A stretch of 64,000 bases of DNA from Escherichia coli (GCF_011045215.1 NZ_CP049201.1), one strand, 5' to 3'. Counted from the stretch's first letter, positions 8,883 to 21,560 are shown. Notes: a model not told the origin generated them from the sequence alone. Translations and numbers: made by a program.

Positions 8883-11800
8883 CTATCCCCAATCCAGCCC
8901 TTGTGGCGAACTTGAAAATCCCGCCTCACGCAGCAGCGTAAACATCGGCGTTTGCCGGACCGGTAGATCATTCACTTCTGTTAGCGTAAAGCGCAGCCGT
9001 GGTTCGCGACGCAGTGCGGTAGTCAGCGCGTGGAAAACCTCTGGGGCGAGTAATTCCTCTTTTTCCTGCCAGACCAGCATTTTTTTGCCACCTTGCGCCA
9101 GATAGAGTAACAATTTGCCGCCAGAAACGACCACCAGCGCACCCGCCCGACGCGTTGGTACCAGCGTTGCCGGATGTGCAGGCCAGGGCAGAAGATTTCC
9201 CCACACATTAGCCGGATCGTTGGCGGAGAGCGCCACTGGTGTATAGTGGCGCGTTTGCGCGGCTTGTGTCGCCAGGTCGCGCAAGCGGTCAATAGTCAGA
9301 CGTTCAGCGAATTGCGCGCCACCCAGACCTTCTACAAAACGACCTCGCATAATTCGCCCGGAGTCTTCCATACTTCGACAAAGCGTTTGCATCGATGGAA
9401 ACCCGCCAGGGATATTTTCGGCTATCACCGCCTGACGACTGATGATGCCGTAGCGGTCGAGCATATTTTCCGCCAGCGCCAGCATCCTTTCGGTATCGTT
9501 TAGTGGCTCCACCTGCAATAACGACCAGCGTCCAGCCAGATTTGGTGTGTTGTAAGATACCCGCGGCGAGACGGGTTGTGCATAGACAGGACGCCCACGA
9601 CGAGCCCGGTGACTGCGGCGAGTTGAGGTGCGTGCGTTGGAACTGCTGCGGGTGAGGGCGCGTAACGGTGCCCAAATATCGCTGGTGATGACGCCTTGCC
9701 AGACCAGCGCCCATAACGCCTCTTGCAGTGCCGAGGGATCAACCGATTCGCCGATTTTGTCGCGTATCCGTTGGCTGATTTGTTGTGCAAACCAGGCTCC
9801 TCCGTCAGCCAGAACAGCGACTATCGCTTGTTGCAGCGCCGAACGATTCGCCTGATCCGCTTCGGCGGGAGTGAACGATTCTGCAGCATATTCCTGTAGA
9901 TGCAGTGCCACCAGGCCGTCATCTTCACCCAGTTTTTTTTGCCCCGACCAGATAACCGCACCGGTTGCCAGTAATTCATCGAGCATTTCTGGCGAATAGT
10001 CGCGTACGCGGGCAGGCAGGATCTGGCTTTCCCAGAGTGAGGCGGGTAAGCCGACTCCGGCAAGCTGTTCGATTACCCGCATCACGCCATCTACGCCCTC
10101 ATAAACGCCTGGCGATGTTGAGGCAAAGAGCGCCGGGCTACCATCGGTGGCGGGTAATACGCCCTGACGTTCCAGCAGCAATCGCGCATAGGTCGTGGCT
10201 GCAACGGGACGCGTCGCTTCTCTGGCGGCTTGCAGCGAGCGCAAACGCAGACGACGAAATACTTCATCGCTCACCCAGATGTCTTGTTGCAGATTCATCA
10301 CCAGACCCTGTTCGCGCAGTTGCTGAAGCTGCTCTTCGACAATGGCAATACCGAGACTAAACTCATGAGCCAGTTGTTCAGCCGTGACCAGAGCATGAGC
10401 CCGGAGATAGCGCAGAAAGAGGTCGCGAAGCGGGTAACTGACTCTATGCAAATAAATCTCTGGCAGAGACTCTGGTAGTTGTACGCCGAGGGCATCGCGC
10501 AGCCTGGCGGCATCATCCATACAGGCAAGACGCTCCTGTCCGCTAATCATCGCCGGGAAGATTCGTTTTACTGTAAGAAGATTTTCCAGATACGACGCAA
10601 TCTCTTCACTGCTGCCTGTATGCCGTTGCGCCAGGTCTTCAACGGTCATTGGCCCCAGTTCGCGCAGCAGGTCGAACAATCCTTCTTCACCTTTCGCTCT
10701 TCTGCCAGGAGCCAGTCGTTGCAACTCTTCTTCCACCTGGCGAATGACCTGCGGGTCGAGTAATTCCCCGGATCGACCTGTCCGAGTAGATTGCGCAGTA
10801 ACTCGCTGTCCAGCGACAGTACGGATGCCCGGCGCTCTGCCAGCGGGGCGTCGCTCTGGTACATAAATTCCGCGACATAGCCGAACAATAAACTTGTGGC
10901 GAAAGGCGAGGGCGTAGTAGTCGTTACATCGGATATTTGAATTTCGCCACCGTTCAGGCGACGCATCAAACGTTCCAGTGCGGGAAGATCATAAACATCT
11001 TGCAGACATTCGCGTAGGGTTTCGAGAATGACCGGAAAATCCGGATATCCCTGAGCGATTTCCAGCAACTGACTGGCGCGCAGCCGTTGTTGCCAGAGCG
11101 GGGTGCGATGGCCCGGCGTGCGGCCCGGCATTAATAACGCCCGCGCGGCGCATTCGCGAAAACGGGCGGCGAAAAGTGCTGAGCTGCCTACCGCCTCGCG
11201 GACAATTTGCAGCAACTTTTCTGGTTCAAACAAAAAAATCGCGGCGTCGGGCAATTTACCATCAGTGTCAGGAATGCGCGCAACAATGCCGTCATCACTG
11301 GCGACCACAGACGCGTCAGCGCCCCATAGCGCATGTATTCGCCCGGCAATCGCCAGCGCCCAGGGTTCATGCACCCGTCTTCCATAGGGAGAGTGCAAAA
11401 TAATACGCCAGTCGCCAATTTCATCACGGCACCGTTCGAGGACCAGATGACGACTCCCCGGAACGATGCCCGTCGCGTTGCGCTGCTCGTCAATCAACCC
11501 CTGAATATTGGCGATCGTATTTTCTTCAGCCAGCCACGGGGGAATAGTCCCGGAAAAGAACGCGCCATCCGCCAGTAAATGAAGAAAATCGCCGATCATC
11601 TCGCCTAATTCAGCCGGACGTCCGTTACCTTCACCACGCCAGAAGGGGAGCCGGGCAGAACGACCCGGAGCAGGAGTCACAATCACCTGATCGCGGGTGA
11701 TTTGCTGTATCCGCCATGAGGTAGCGCCGAGAGTGATAATGTCGTTCACCCGCGACTCATATACCATCTCCTCATCCAGTTCACCCACCCGCCGCGAACC

Positions 11801-13498
11801 GGCCTGTTCTTCACCTTCGGGTAATAACACGCTATACATGCCACGATCCGGAATGGTGCCACCGCTGGTAACCGCCAACAGCTGAGCGCCAGGTCGGGCG
11901 GTCAATATCCCGGTCTCCCTGTTCCAGACCAGTTTTGGTCGAAAAGCAGAAAAATCGCCAGAGGGATAGCGCCCGGAAAGCATATCCAGCGTGGCGTCAA
12001 AAACACGTCTTGGCAGATCTTTCCACGGTGCGGCACGGCGTACGCGGGAGTACCATTCGTCTACCTGTAATGCATCCATCGCCGCGGCGGCAACGGTTTG
12101 CTGCGCAAGGACGTCGAGTGGATTATGCGGAGGTGTCAGGTTTTCCAGCCTGCCTGCGAACATACACTCTACAATGACTGCGGAATCGACTAAGTCACGC
12201 CGGGTTCGGGGGAAAAAAAGCCCTTTGGAGATACCTCCTACCTGGTGTCCGGCACGTCCAATGCGTTGTAACCCACTGGCAACAGAAAGCGGCGTTGCCA
12301 CCTGAATCACCAGATCCACCGCGCCCATATCAATCCCCAGTTCGAGACTGGAAGTTGCGACCACGCAGCGTAATTCACCCGATTTCAGCGCCTGTTCGGT
12401 GATTGCTCGTTGTTCTTTAGAGACGGAGCCGTGGTGTGAGCGGGCAATAAAAACGTCGCTACTTTGTACACGGTTAGAGGTTGCGCCGGAGGTCGACTCG
12501 AAATGGGCCACATCAACGGCGATAGAAGGGGAACGCTGTAAGCGTGCGGCGTAAAGCTCATTTAATCGTGCCGTCAGTTTTTCCGCCAGCCCCCGCGAAT
12601 TAGTAAAGACAATGGTCGAGCGATGGCGCAACACTTCATCAAGGATACCCGTTTCAATATATGGCCAGATGGAGCCTTCCCGGCCGGCATGGCTGTCTTC
12701 GCCAGTGCCGCTGGCGACCGATGAGACATCATCCATATTGGCGACCGGTACGACAATCCGTATCTGCGGATAGCGCATTGCGGGTGGGTTGACTACCGTA
12801 ACCGGGCGATCGCCGCCAAGAAATGCTGCCACATCGCTGGCTGAGCGCACAGTGGCAGAAAGGCCAATTCGCTGTGCTGAGGTGTGGAGCAGCGCATCGA
12901 GCCGCTCCAGACTTAACGCCAGATGCGCGCCACGTTTACTGCCCGCTACCGCGTGGACTTCATCAATAATTACCGTTTCGACGCCGCGTAGCGTTTCGCG
13001 CGCGCGGGAGGTCAGCATCAGATAGAGTGATTCGGGTGTGGTGATCAGAATATCCGGCGGATTACGGGTGAGTTTGCTGCGTTCCTGTGCAGGCGTATCG
13101 CCAGTACGGATCCCCACGCGAAGATTGACTTCCGTTTCGCCGCGCCGCCGCCGTTCATCGGCAATACCCTTCAACGGGATCTGCAAGTTGCGCTGAACGT
13201 CGGTGCCCAGGGCTTTTATCGGTGAAATATAGAGAATGCGTGAGGTTTTACGCTTATGCGCCTCGCGGGTATCTTCGCCGCCTTCGCGGAAGAGCCGATC
13301 GAGGGCGTAGAGAAATGCTGCCAGCGTTTTCCCGGAGCCGGTCGGTGCAATCACCAGCGCATGTTCGCCTCGCGCCGCCACATGCCAGGTTTGCGACTGG
13401 ACAGCGGTCGGCTGTTTAAAGGCGCTAAGAAACCAGTCGCGGGTCGCCGGTGAAAACACGTCCGGCAGGGGCGATGAAAGGTTTGGATTATCTGCCAT
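8883..13498 (-). pseudogene. lhr: lhr (large ATP-dependent helicase-related protein) disrupted by -1 frameshift
   Basis: Two overlapping ORFs (950 aa at 10646..13498; 617 aa at 8883..10736) in different frames; total span 4616 nt is one nt short of the 4617 needed for 1538 aa + stop; frame change maps to C4 run at 10756-10759 (GATCCGGGG on coding strand). Confidence 0.8.
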
Positions 13499-13590
13499 TA
13501 ACGCTATTCCCCGTGAATATCATGCATGATGCGTGGAATAGCCTCACTATAGATGCCTGAATCATTGCATGTCATCAGGCATCGACTCGA

Positions 13591-14238
13591 TTACACCTCT
13601 TCGGCGGCAGGTAGCGGCCAGCCTCCCAGACGTTTCCAGCGGTTGACGATTTCACAAAACAGCACCGCAGTGCGTTCGGTGTCGTACAGCGCGGAGTGCG
13701 CCTGGGTGCTGTCGAAGTCCATGCCAGCGGTCTGGCAAGCCTTTGACAATACGGTTTGTCCGAGTGCCAGCCCGGCCAGTGCAGCAGTGTCAAAAGTGGC
13801 GAAAGGGTGGAACGGGTTACGTTTCAGTGAGGCGCGTTCTGCGGCGGCCATCATAAAGCTGTGATCGAAATTGGCGTTGTGCGCCACCATAATGGCGCGG
13901 TTACAGCCGCTCGCTTTAATACCTTTACGTACAACTTTAAAAATTTCGTGCAGCGCCTCGTATTCGCTGACCGCGCCGCGATCGGGATCGTTCGGGTCAA
14001 TGCCGTTGAAGGCAAGGGCTTCTGGTTGCAAATTTGCGCCGACAAATGGTTCGACGTGGAAATGTAATGTGGTGTCCGGCATCAGCCAGCCTTGTTCATC
14101 CATTTTCAGGGTGATGGCGGCAATCTCAAGCAGCGCATCGGTTTTGGCGTTAAATCCGGCTGTTTCAACATCGATCACAACAGGATAAAAACCACGAAAA
14201 CGGTCGCACAGACCGGTAAGTTGAGCGTTATCGGACAT
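13591..14238 (-). CDS. rnt: ribonuclease T
   Basis: 215-aa ORF, DEDDh exonuclease motifs, recognised as RNase T. Confidence 0.95.
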
Positions 14239-14340
14239 CTGATTCTCTTAATACGGATAAATTGCAGCGCGCATTATGACAAATATTACTTGTCGATGCA
14301 GTAAAGATGCGGGCGCGATGAGTTCGCGCCCGGCAGGAGA

Positions 14341-14748
14341 TTAGTTGCCCAGACCGCGACCGGCGTCTTTCTCTTCGATTAACTCAATTTTGTAACCGTC
14401 CGGATCTTCCACAAACGCGATAACCGTAGTACCGCCTTTTACCGGACCCGCTTCACGGGTCACGTTACCCCCATTTTGACGGATTTTTTCGCACGCTTCA
14501 GCGGCATTATCTACGCTAAGCGCGATGTGACCATAAGCAGTGCCGAGTTCGTATTTATCCACGCCCCAGTTGTAGGTCAGTTCAATCACCGCTTCTTCGG
14601 TTTCCGGGCCGTAGCCAACAAACGCCAGTGAGTATTTGTATTCCGGGTTTTCGCTGGTACGCAGCAGTTTCATGCCCAGAACTTTGGTATAAAAATCGAT
14701 GGAGCGTTGCAGATCGCCAACGCGCAGCATGGTATGAAGAAGACGCAT
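14341..14748 (-). CDS. gloA: glyoxalase I (lactoylglutathione lyase)
   Basis: 135-aa [29 protein letters not shown], recognised as GloA. Confidence 0.96.
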
Positions 14749-14828
14749 CTTTTTATCCTCAAAATGGCTAACAGATTCAAAATGTTGTTTTAGTATAGCG
14801 GCGGCTTTACGCCGCTCGCAATGTTGGA

Positions 14829-15926
14829 TTACAACGTCGGGTAATCAGTGTAGCCTTCCGCACCGCCACCATAGAAACTTTCAGCACGCTGTGGGTTAAG
14901 CTCAGCTTTGCGCTGCAAGCGGGCGACCAGATCCGGGTTCGCAATCCAGTCACGACCAAATGCCACCGCATCAATTAACCCTTTGCCAATCAGCGTTTCG
15001 GCTTTTTCTACCGTGTATGCACCTGCGCCGATAATCGGACCGTGGAAACGTGCGCGTACTTTTTCGCGGAACGCATCAGTATACGGTTCACCTCCCGCCC
15101 AATCTGGTTCTGACATATGCAGATAAGCAATGCCGCGTTTACCCAGTTGTTCAATCAGATACAGTGCATCGGCTTCTTCATTCGGGCCGTTATCTGTGTT
15201 CTGGAAAGTACCGATTGGCGAAACGCGAATGCCAATGCGATCGGCACCCCATTCTTCAATCCCTGCATCGACCACTCCCAGCACCAGACGTGCGCGATTT
15301 TCCACGCTGCCGCCGTACTGATCGGTACGATGGTTTGAAGAAGGAGAAAGGAACTGATGCAGCAAATAACCGTGAGCAGAGTGGAGCTCCACCAGATCAA
15401 AACCGGCTTCACGCGAGTTAGCAATGGCCTGACGGAAATCATTGACGATACCTGGAATCTCTTCCAGTTCAAGGGCACGCGGCATGGATGTTTCAACGCG
15501 GATCGCCTGACCATTTTCATCGCGCAGAGAAGTACGTGTTCCCGCGCTAAGTGCTGAAGGCGCTACCGGTGCCTGACCGCTAGGTTGCAGGCTGGCGTGA
15601 GAAATGCGTCCAGTGTGCCACAGCTGTACGGCCATATGCCCATTTTCAGCATGAACGCCAGCGGTAATTTTTTTCCATGCGGCAATTTGTTCCGGACTAT
15701 GGATGCCAGGTGCACCAGCATACCCTTTTGCCTGGGCAGAAATTTGCGTGGCTTCGCTAATAATCAAACCGGCACTGGCACGTTGGCGATAGTATTCCGC
15801 CATCAACGGGGTAGGGATGTCACCCGGTTCAATACTGCGCAGACGCGTCAGCGGTGCCATAAAAATACGGTTTGCCGCAGTTATTGCGCCCACTTTCAGT
15901 GGGGAATACAGTTTTTCAGATGACAT
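14829..15926 (-). CDS. nemA: N-ethylmaleimide reductase (OYE family)
   Basis: 365-aa old-yellow-enzyme-like ORF in nemR-nemA-gloA arrangement. Confidence 0.95.
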
Positions 15927-15962
15927 AAAGGCTCCCGGTCGTCTGGTGATAAAAAATGCCTG

Positions 15963-16562
15963 CTAAACGGCAGGCGTCGCAATAATGTTTTTTACATGTG
16001 CCAGCGCGTTTTCCAGCGGCTCGGAATTGCGCGAAATTTTGGCCTGCAGATTCGCACCCAGCCATAGTGCGTAAAGCACTTGTGCCTGTTGCAGCGGTTC
16101 GCCACAAAAGGTTAAACAGTGGTTCTCACGGCCATTTTCCAGAGCCTGCGAGAGCAGGGCGATCACGCCGCGAGCGCCTTTATCCATCGCGCTACGCATA
16201 TCTTCTGACAGATCGCACACTTCGGCAGAGAGTTTTACTGTCAGGCATCCACTGATGGTTCCATGTTGGCAAAACTGGTTCAGTGTTTGCTGGTAATAAG
16301 CCAGTATGCGGTCGCGGTAGTTACCTTCGCCGGATTGCAGCAACTCAGTCAGTCGCTGGTGATATGCGGCATAATGGCGCTCAAGCATGGCAACGCCAAA
16401 CGCCTCTTTAGAGCGAAAGTAGTGATAGAAGGACCCTTTCGGCACTTCAGCGGTTTTTAGTAATTCGCTTAGCCCCATCCCGGTGAATCCACGTTGCAGG
16501 CAAAGTTGCTCGCCCGTCGCCAGGAGATGTTCGCGAGTATCATGTTCGGTGTGTTTGTTCAT
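15963..16562 (-). CDS. nemR: TetR-family repressor NemR
   Basis: 199-aa ORF with N-terminal TetR HTH immediately upstream of nemA. Confidence 0.93.
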   Translation of the reverse strand: MNKHTEHDTREHLLATGEQLCLQRGFTGMGLSELLKTAEVPKGSFYHYFRSKEAFGVAMLERHYAAYHQRLTELLQSGEGNYRDRILAYYQQTLNQFCQHGTISGCLTVKLSAEVCDLSEDMRSAMDKGARGVIALLSQALENGRENHCLTFCGEPLQQAQVLYALWLGANLQAKISRNSEPLENALAHVKNIIATPAV

Positions 16563-16576
16563 GTGTTGGAGTGTAG

Positions 16577-16592
16577 TAGACCAGTCGGTCTA
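16577..16592. promoter_or_regulatory. NemR operator (NemR box)
   Basis: TAGACCAGTCGGTCTA inverted repeat 15-30 nt upstream of nemR ATG. Confidence 0.7.
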
Positions 16593-16664
16593 GTGCAAGC
16601 AAAGTTGCTACTTTGGGCATTAACAGCTTCAATAATGGTAATAATCTTATCTGAGGAGGGCGAG

Positions 16665-16904
16665 GTGGCGGAGCAATTAGAATTCTTTCCCGTCCAGAGC
16701 CCGTGCCGGGGAATTTGCCAGTCTGACGAACGCGGGTTTTGTCGCGGCTGTTTTCGTAGTCGGGATGAGCGTTTTAACTGGAATAAAATGAGCGATGGCG
16801 AAAAACAAGAGGTGCTGCGCCTTTGTCGGCAACGATTAATGCGCAAATTACGTGCAAATAAGCCAGCGTCATCAGACGAACCGGAGCAACCATCACTCTT
16901 TTGA
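16665..16904 (+). CDS. ydhL: DUF1289 Cys-rich small protein YdhL
   Basis: 79-aa reading frame from GTG at 16665 preceded by GAGGAGGG; CxxC..CxxC motif; the 136-aa track ORF is an upstream extension. Confidence 0.75.
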   Translation: MAEQLEFFPVQSPCRGICQSDERGFCRGCFRSRDERFNWNKMSDGEKQEVLRLCRQRLMRKLRANKPASSDEPEQPSLF

Positions 16905-16952
16905 GCCTAATCTTGCGTATACTCCTCTCATATCTGATAAGAGGAAGCGATT

Positions 16953-17849
16953 ATGGTTCAGCGTATTACTATTGCGCCGCAAGGCCCGGAGTTTTCCCGT
17001 TTTGTGATGGGCTACTGGCGATTGATGGACTGGAACATGTCCGCCCGCCAGCTGGTCAGTTTTATTGAAGAGCATCTGGATCTCGGCGTGACCACCGTGG
17101 ACCATGCTGATATTTATGGTGGCTATCAGTGCGAAGCGGCGTTTGGCGAGGCGCTGAAACTGGCACCTCACCTGCGTGAGCGGATGGAAATCGTCAGTAA
17201 ATGCGGTATCGCGACGACCGCGCGTGAAGAAAACGTCATTGGTCATTACATCACTGACCGCGATCACATCATTAAGAGCGCCGAACAGTCGCTAATTAAT
17301 CTTGCGACCGATCATCTGGATCTGCTGTTAATCCACCGCCCGGACCCGTTAATGGATGCCGATGAAGTGGCGGACGCGTTCAAACATCTGCATCAGAGCG
17401 GCAAAGTGCGTCATTTTGGCGTATCGAACTTTACGCCTGCGCAATTTGCCCTGTTGCAATCACGTCTGCCGTTTACCCTTGCCACTAATCAGGTGGAAAT
17501 ATCCCCGGTACATCAGCCGTTACTGCTGGATGGCACGCTCGACCAACTGCAACAACTGCGTGTTCGTCCGATGGCGTGGTCCTGCCTTGGTGGTGGTCGT
17601 CTGTTTAATGATGATTATTTCCAGCCGCTGCGTGATGAACTGGCTGTGGTGGCGGAGGAGTTAAACGCGGGCTCGATTGAACAGGTGGTTTACGCCTGGG
17701 TACTACGTTTACCGTCACAGCCGCTGCCAATTATCGGCTCAGGTAAAATTGAGCGCGTACGGGCAGCTGTCGAAGCAGAAACACTGAAAATGACCCGTCA
17801 ACAATGGTTTCGTATCCGTAAAGCGGCACTGGGTTACGACGTACCGTAA
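16953..17849 (+). CDS. ydhF: aldo-keto reductase family oxidoreductase YdhF
   Basis: 298-aa ORF matching YdhF. Confidence 0.9.
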   Translation: MVQRITIAPQGPEFSRFVMGYWRLMDWNMSARQLVSFIEEHLDLGVTTVDHADIYGGYQCEAAFGEALKLAPHLRERMEIVSKCGIATTAREENVIGHYITDRDHIIKSAEQSLINLATDHLDLLLIHRPDPLMDADEVADAFKHLHQSGKVRHFGVSNFTPAQFALLQSRLPFTLATNQVEISPVHQPLLLDGTLDQLQQLRVRPMAWSCLGGGRLFNDDYFQPLRDELAVVAEELNAGSIEQVVYAWVLRLPSQPLPIIGSGKIERVRAAVEAETLKMTRQQWFRIRKAALGYDVP

Positions 17850-17929
17850 GCACTTTTAGGAATAGCCGCCGTTCAAAAATGTGTCACTGGTTTACACTTA
17901 TTCAGGAATGCACAATGAACGGAGGTCCT

Positions 17930-18451
17930 ATGAAACGTTTTAGTCTGGCTATTCTGGCGCTGGTTGTTGCAACCGGCGCACAAGCTGCCAGTGAAAAAGT
18001 CGAGATGAACCTCGTCACGTCGCAAGGGGTTGGGCAGTCAATTGGTAGCGTCACCATTACTGAAACCGATAAAGGTCTGGAGTTTTCGCCCGATCTGAAA
18101 GCATTACCTCCCGGTGAACATGGCTTCCATATTCATGCCAAAGGAAGCTGCCAGCCAGCCACCAAAGATGGCAAAGCCAGCGCCGCGGAATCCGCAGGCG
18201 GGCATCTTGATCCACAAAATACCGGTAAACATGAAGGGCCAGAAGGTGCCGGGCATTTAGGCGATCTGCCTGCACTGGTCGTCAATAATGACGGCAAAGC
18301 TACCGATGCCGTCATCGCGCCTCGTCTGAAATCACTGGATGAAATCAAAGACAAAGCGCTGATGGTCCACGTTGGCGGCGATAATATGTCCGATCAACCT
18401 AAACCGCTGGGCGGTGGCGGTGAACGCTATGCCTGTGGTGTAATTAAGTAA
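17930..18451 (+). CDS. sodC: periplasmic Cu,Zn superoxide dismutase
   Basis: 173-aa ORF from ATG at 17930 with signal peptide MKRFSLAILALVVATGAQA and Cu/Zn SOD His ligands; track ORF is longer upstream. Confidence 0.93.
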   Translation: MKRFSLAILALVVATGAQAASEKVEMNLVTSQGVGQSIGSVTITETDKGLEFSPDLKALPPGEHGFHIHAKGSCQPATKDGKASAAESAGGHLDPQNTGKHEGPEGAGHLGDLPALVVNNDGKATDAVIAPRLKSLDEIKDKALMVHVGGDNMSDQPKPLGGGGERYACGVIK

Positions 18452-20464
18452 TTAAGAGGCCAGCGTACCTTGCGGTGGTGCTTGCTCAAGTTGAGAAAGC
18501 GAGCAGTACAGCCGCCAGACAATTGCCGCCAGCTCACGGGCGGCAGGTTGATGATGACGGGCAAGGTTGTCGCAAATCCGCTGTAATTCTTCAAGTGTGG
18601 CCGCCAGTGATTTTTGCTGAACGCCACGCTCACTCATCACTCCCCGCAACAGTGAAATACAGTTATCCCGTACTCGCGATAACGGATCGGAACGCGATTC
18701 CCAGCCGCGTAATTGCCAGACAACATGAGAACAGTTCAGCAGCACTACACCCCAGCGTAATAACCAACGGCGAGCCAGTGCATCCTGGCTGTTACTCAAC
18801 TGACTGACGTGATGATAAGTGAGCGATTCAAATTCGCTTTCACTCAGTGTTGGATGGCGGCTTAGTTGATCGACAAAATCCCGGCGCAGCGCGCGAATAT
18901 GGCGGCGGCTTTTGCGAGCATCCGATCCTGGACGCAGAATGGCGAACGCTAACCACGCCAACGCGACGCCAACGATTTTTGCCAGATTATCGTTAAGAAA
19001 ATCAGCAAAATCATACACCGGGGGATTAGTTACAGCGATAAAAGAACCCATAAAAACAATCAGTTGCCCCCACAATGCGGCAAATTTTGGCATCTGCAAT
19101 TTAAGAAGCTGCATTGTCGCCAGCAGTGGAAAGAGAAACAGTAAAAATTGCCACAGATCGCTAATCTGGACCATCAGACCAAATTTGACCACAAAGCTGA
19201 ATAGCGAAAGTAACACCAGCGTGCGCATCAGCAGTGACAACGACTTAAACGGTGCTGCGACGGCGGAGTAGAGTACGCAGCTAATTGCTGCCAGCGTTAA
19301 TGCATTGGCACCGGCATCCCATTGCGAAGCAATACTCCATGCGCCAATCATCATCAACGTACAAAATGTACGCAGCCCGCTCCACATAGCTTCGGCGTTA
19401 TCGGTATGACGAGCCAGGCCGGATGTCCGTGGGAGTCTGGTATGATCATCTACACCGCTTTGCAGACGATGTAATTCCTGACTACTTTGCAGATAAAGGC
19501 GGCAAAAATAACGTAGTCGCTGCCAGAAGGCGACGTGCCGATAGTCGGCGACGTTGGTCGGGCGTAGCGGGGCGATAATACGTGCGACGGTGTAAACATC
19601 TGTTTGCGAACTGGCGAGCGCCGTCAGCAACTGTTCGAGAATTTTTCGTGTGGCACCTGGCGGTGAGGGCCAGTTGAGCAACATACGTCGCAGGCTGGAG
19701 ATGACACTGGTCATACGTAATTGCTGGTGGAGCAGCGCATTAAGGCGCGCGTTTTGCTGGCGAAAACGATAGTGGCTCCAGAAAGCCTGGATACGCAGCA
19801 AATTCATGGTCAGTATCTGCCCAATCACCCCTTCATGTGCTGCACGAATGGCATCGGTTGTTTCAGGCTGCCAGAGTAAACTGGCATGTTCAAGTAGTCG
19901 GGCGTGCATGTTTTTCAATGCGGTTAAAAGGGCTGTAGCATCGGAACTGCTAGGCAGGATCATCATCATCATGCCGCCGCACAAAATACCGACAATCACC
20001 TCGCAAACGCGCGCCTGAGCGATATCCCACAGCTGGCTGGCCTCAGTAATATTAACCATCGGAAAGGCGATGATGGCAGCCGTGTAGCCCGCCAGTTGAA
20101 ATGCATACGCGACGTTATTCGTGAAGTGCGCACAGGCCCAGGTACAAAAGCCAAGCCACGCCGACATGCTCAATAGAAAAAACCACGGCTCATTGAGCGT
20201 ATGTCCGGCAAGAAGCAGTGCCGCAATGGCTCCCAGTAAACTGCCAGCGATGCGTCCGAGGCTTTTGCTGATGACACCGCCAACGGTGGGAAAGCTAACC
20301 ACTGCAGCCGAGGTCATCGCCCAATAGGGTTCATCCAGATTCAAATAATAGGCAACCGTCAGCGCCAGACACATAGCAATGGTATTGCGTAACGCATAAC
20401 GCCATTGCGCCAGCGTGGCCCTGAACCAGGGCAAATTGCGCAAGGACCATGACGATGCGTTCAT
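18452..20464 (-). CDS. ydhK: FUSC/AaeB-family putative efflux protein YdhK
   Basis: 670-aa multi-TM ORF matching YdhK. Confidence 0.88.
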   Translation of the reverse strand: MNASSWSLRNLPWFRATLAQWRYALRNTIAMCLALTVAYYLNLDEPYWAMTSAAVVSFPTVGGVISKSLGRIAGSLLGAIAALLLAGHTLNEPWFFLLSMSAWLGFCTWACAHFTNNVAYAFQLAGYTAAIIAFPMVNITEASQLWDIAQARVCEVIVGILCGGMMMMILPSSSDATALLTALKNMHARLLEHASLLWQPETTDAIRAAHEGVIGQILTMNLLRIQAFWSHYRFRQQNARLNALLHQQLRMTSVISSLRRMLLNWPSPPGATRKILEQLLTALASSQTDVYTVARIIAPLRPTNVADYRHVAFWQRLRYFCRLYLQSSQELHRLQSGVDDHTRLPRTSGLARHTDNAEAMWSGLRTFCTLMMIGAWSIASQWDAGANALTLAAISCVLYSAVAAPFKSLSLLMRTLVLLSLFSFVVKFGLMVQISDLWQFLLFLFPLLATMQLLKLQMPKFAALWGQLIVFMGSFIAVTNPPVYDFADFLNDNLAKIVGVALAWLAFAILRPGSDARKSRRHIRALRRDFVDQLSRHPTLSESEFESLTYHHVSQLSNSQDALARRWLLRWGVVLLNCSHVVWQLRGWESRSDPLSRVRDNCISLLRGVMSERGVQQKSLAATLEELQRICDNLARHHQPAARELAAIVWRLYCSLSQLEQAPPQGTLAS

Positions 20465-21321
20465 TATTGACCTACGGCAATGCTACAGGTGGTGCCCGAC
20501 ACCAGCGTGACATCGCCTGGAACTTTATCCAGCGCAAAGCGGACGGGAACGCGTTGGGCGAGTCGAACCCAGGGGACGTTAGGTTTCACATCCGGAATAA
20601 GGCTTGAGTCACTTTCAACGCTCTGATCATAAATCGCCCGACCGATACTGGAAACATGACCCTGTAACGTTTTGTTATCACTATAGAGGGTAATTTGTGC
20701 TGGTGCACCTTCGCGGATATGGCGCAACTTGGTTTCTTCAAAATAACCAATGACGTAAAACGAGTTGCTGTCGACAAGGGCAAACAGCGGTTTCCCGGTA
20801 TCAGCGTAATCGCCGATGCGGGTAGTAAGGTTAGTCACCCATCCACTCACCGGGGCGCGAATTTCCGTTTGCGCCAGTTGCCATTGTGCCTGTTTCAGCG
20901 TCGCCTGTGCGGCATCAACACTGGCCTGCATCGCTTTAACATTGAGGTTAGCGGTATCGAGTTCTTCGGCAGAAATAAAATTTTGTGAGAGATGACGACG
21001 ACGATTCGCTTCGTTATTGGCTTTTGCGAGGTCAGATTGCGCTTTCGCCAGCTGAGCCTGTGCGTTCAGCTCGGCGATCTGAAAGGGCGTTTTATCGATC
21101 GTGAGCAGAAGATCCCCCGCGTTAACCAGCTGGTTGTCTTTTATATTCAGCTCAACAATACGTCCCGACACCTGTGGGGTGATAGAAACCTGTTCTGCGC
21201 GTATTTTCCCGTCGCGTGTCCACGGAGATTGCATGTAATAATTCCACAGCCACCATCCGGCAAGAACCGCAACTACCGCTACAATGATTGTTGAGAAATA
21301 CTTAATTGTTTTAATTGACAT
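20464..21321 (-). CDS. ydhJ: HlyD-family membrane fusion protein YdhJ
   Basis: 285-aa reading frame from ATG at 21321 (MSIKTIKYF); single N-terminal TM plus coiled coil. Confidence 0.88.
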   Translation of the reverse strand: MSIKTIKYFSTIIVAVVAVLAGWWLWNYYMQSPWTRDGKIRAEQVSITPQVSGRIVELNIKDNQLVNAGDLLLTIDKTPFQIAELNAQAQLAKAQSDLAKANNEANRRRHLSQNFISAEELDTANLNVKAMQASVDAAQATLKQAQWQLAQTEIRAPVSGWVTNLTTRIGDYADTGKPLFALVDSNSFYVIGYFEETKLRHIREGAPAQITLYSDNKTLQGHVSSIGRAIYDQSVESDSSLIPDVKPNVPWVRLAQRVPVRFALDKVPGDVTLVSGTTCSIAVGQ

Positions 21322-21323
21322 AG

Positions 21324-21560
21324 TTACCACGCAATCAGTATTGCCAGAGCAAGGCAAACGCAAATCGCAAACAGCGATAAATCCATTAACAAGGGATGCC
21401 AGATGTCACCGGCGTAGATCCAGCCACGAAGCAGGCGGTGTACGACAAGCCAGATGACGAATCCAAACGCGAAGGCTTTGAAAAACGGAGGAAAATAGAC
21501 GGACGCACCGAACACCAGATCTTGTAAGGGCAATCCTGTTGCATTGAGCATAAACTTCAC
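21324..21560 (-). CDS. ydhI: DUF1656 small membrane protein YdhI
   Basis: 78-aa ORF (GTG start) at head of ydhIJK. Confidence 0.85.

Noticed and set aside
10646-10736. Programmed ribosomal frameshift in lhr
   Set aside because: No slippery heptamer plus downstream structure typical of programmed frameshifting, and a single-base loss in a homopolymer explains it fully; treated as mutation or sequencing error.
16494-16904. 136-aa version of the ydhL ORF
   Set aside because: The upstream extension overlaps the nemR promoter/operator and nemR start; the GTG at 16665 with a strong GAGGAGGG Shine-Dalgarno gives the 79-aa YdhL.
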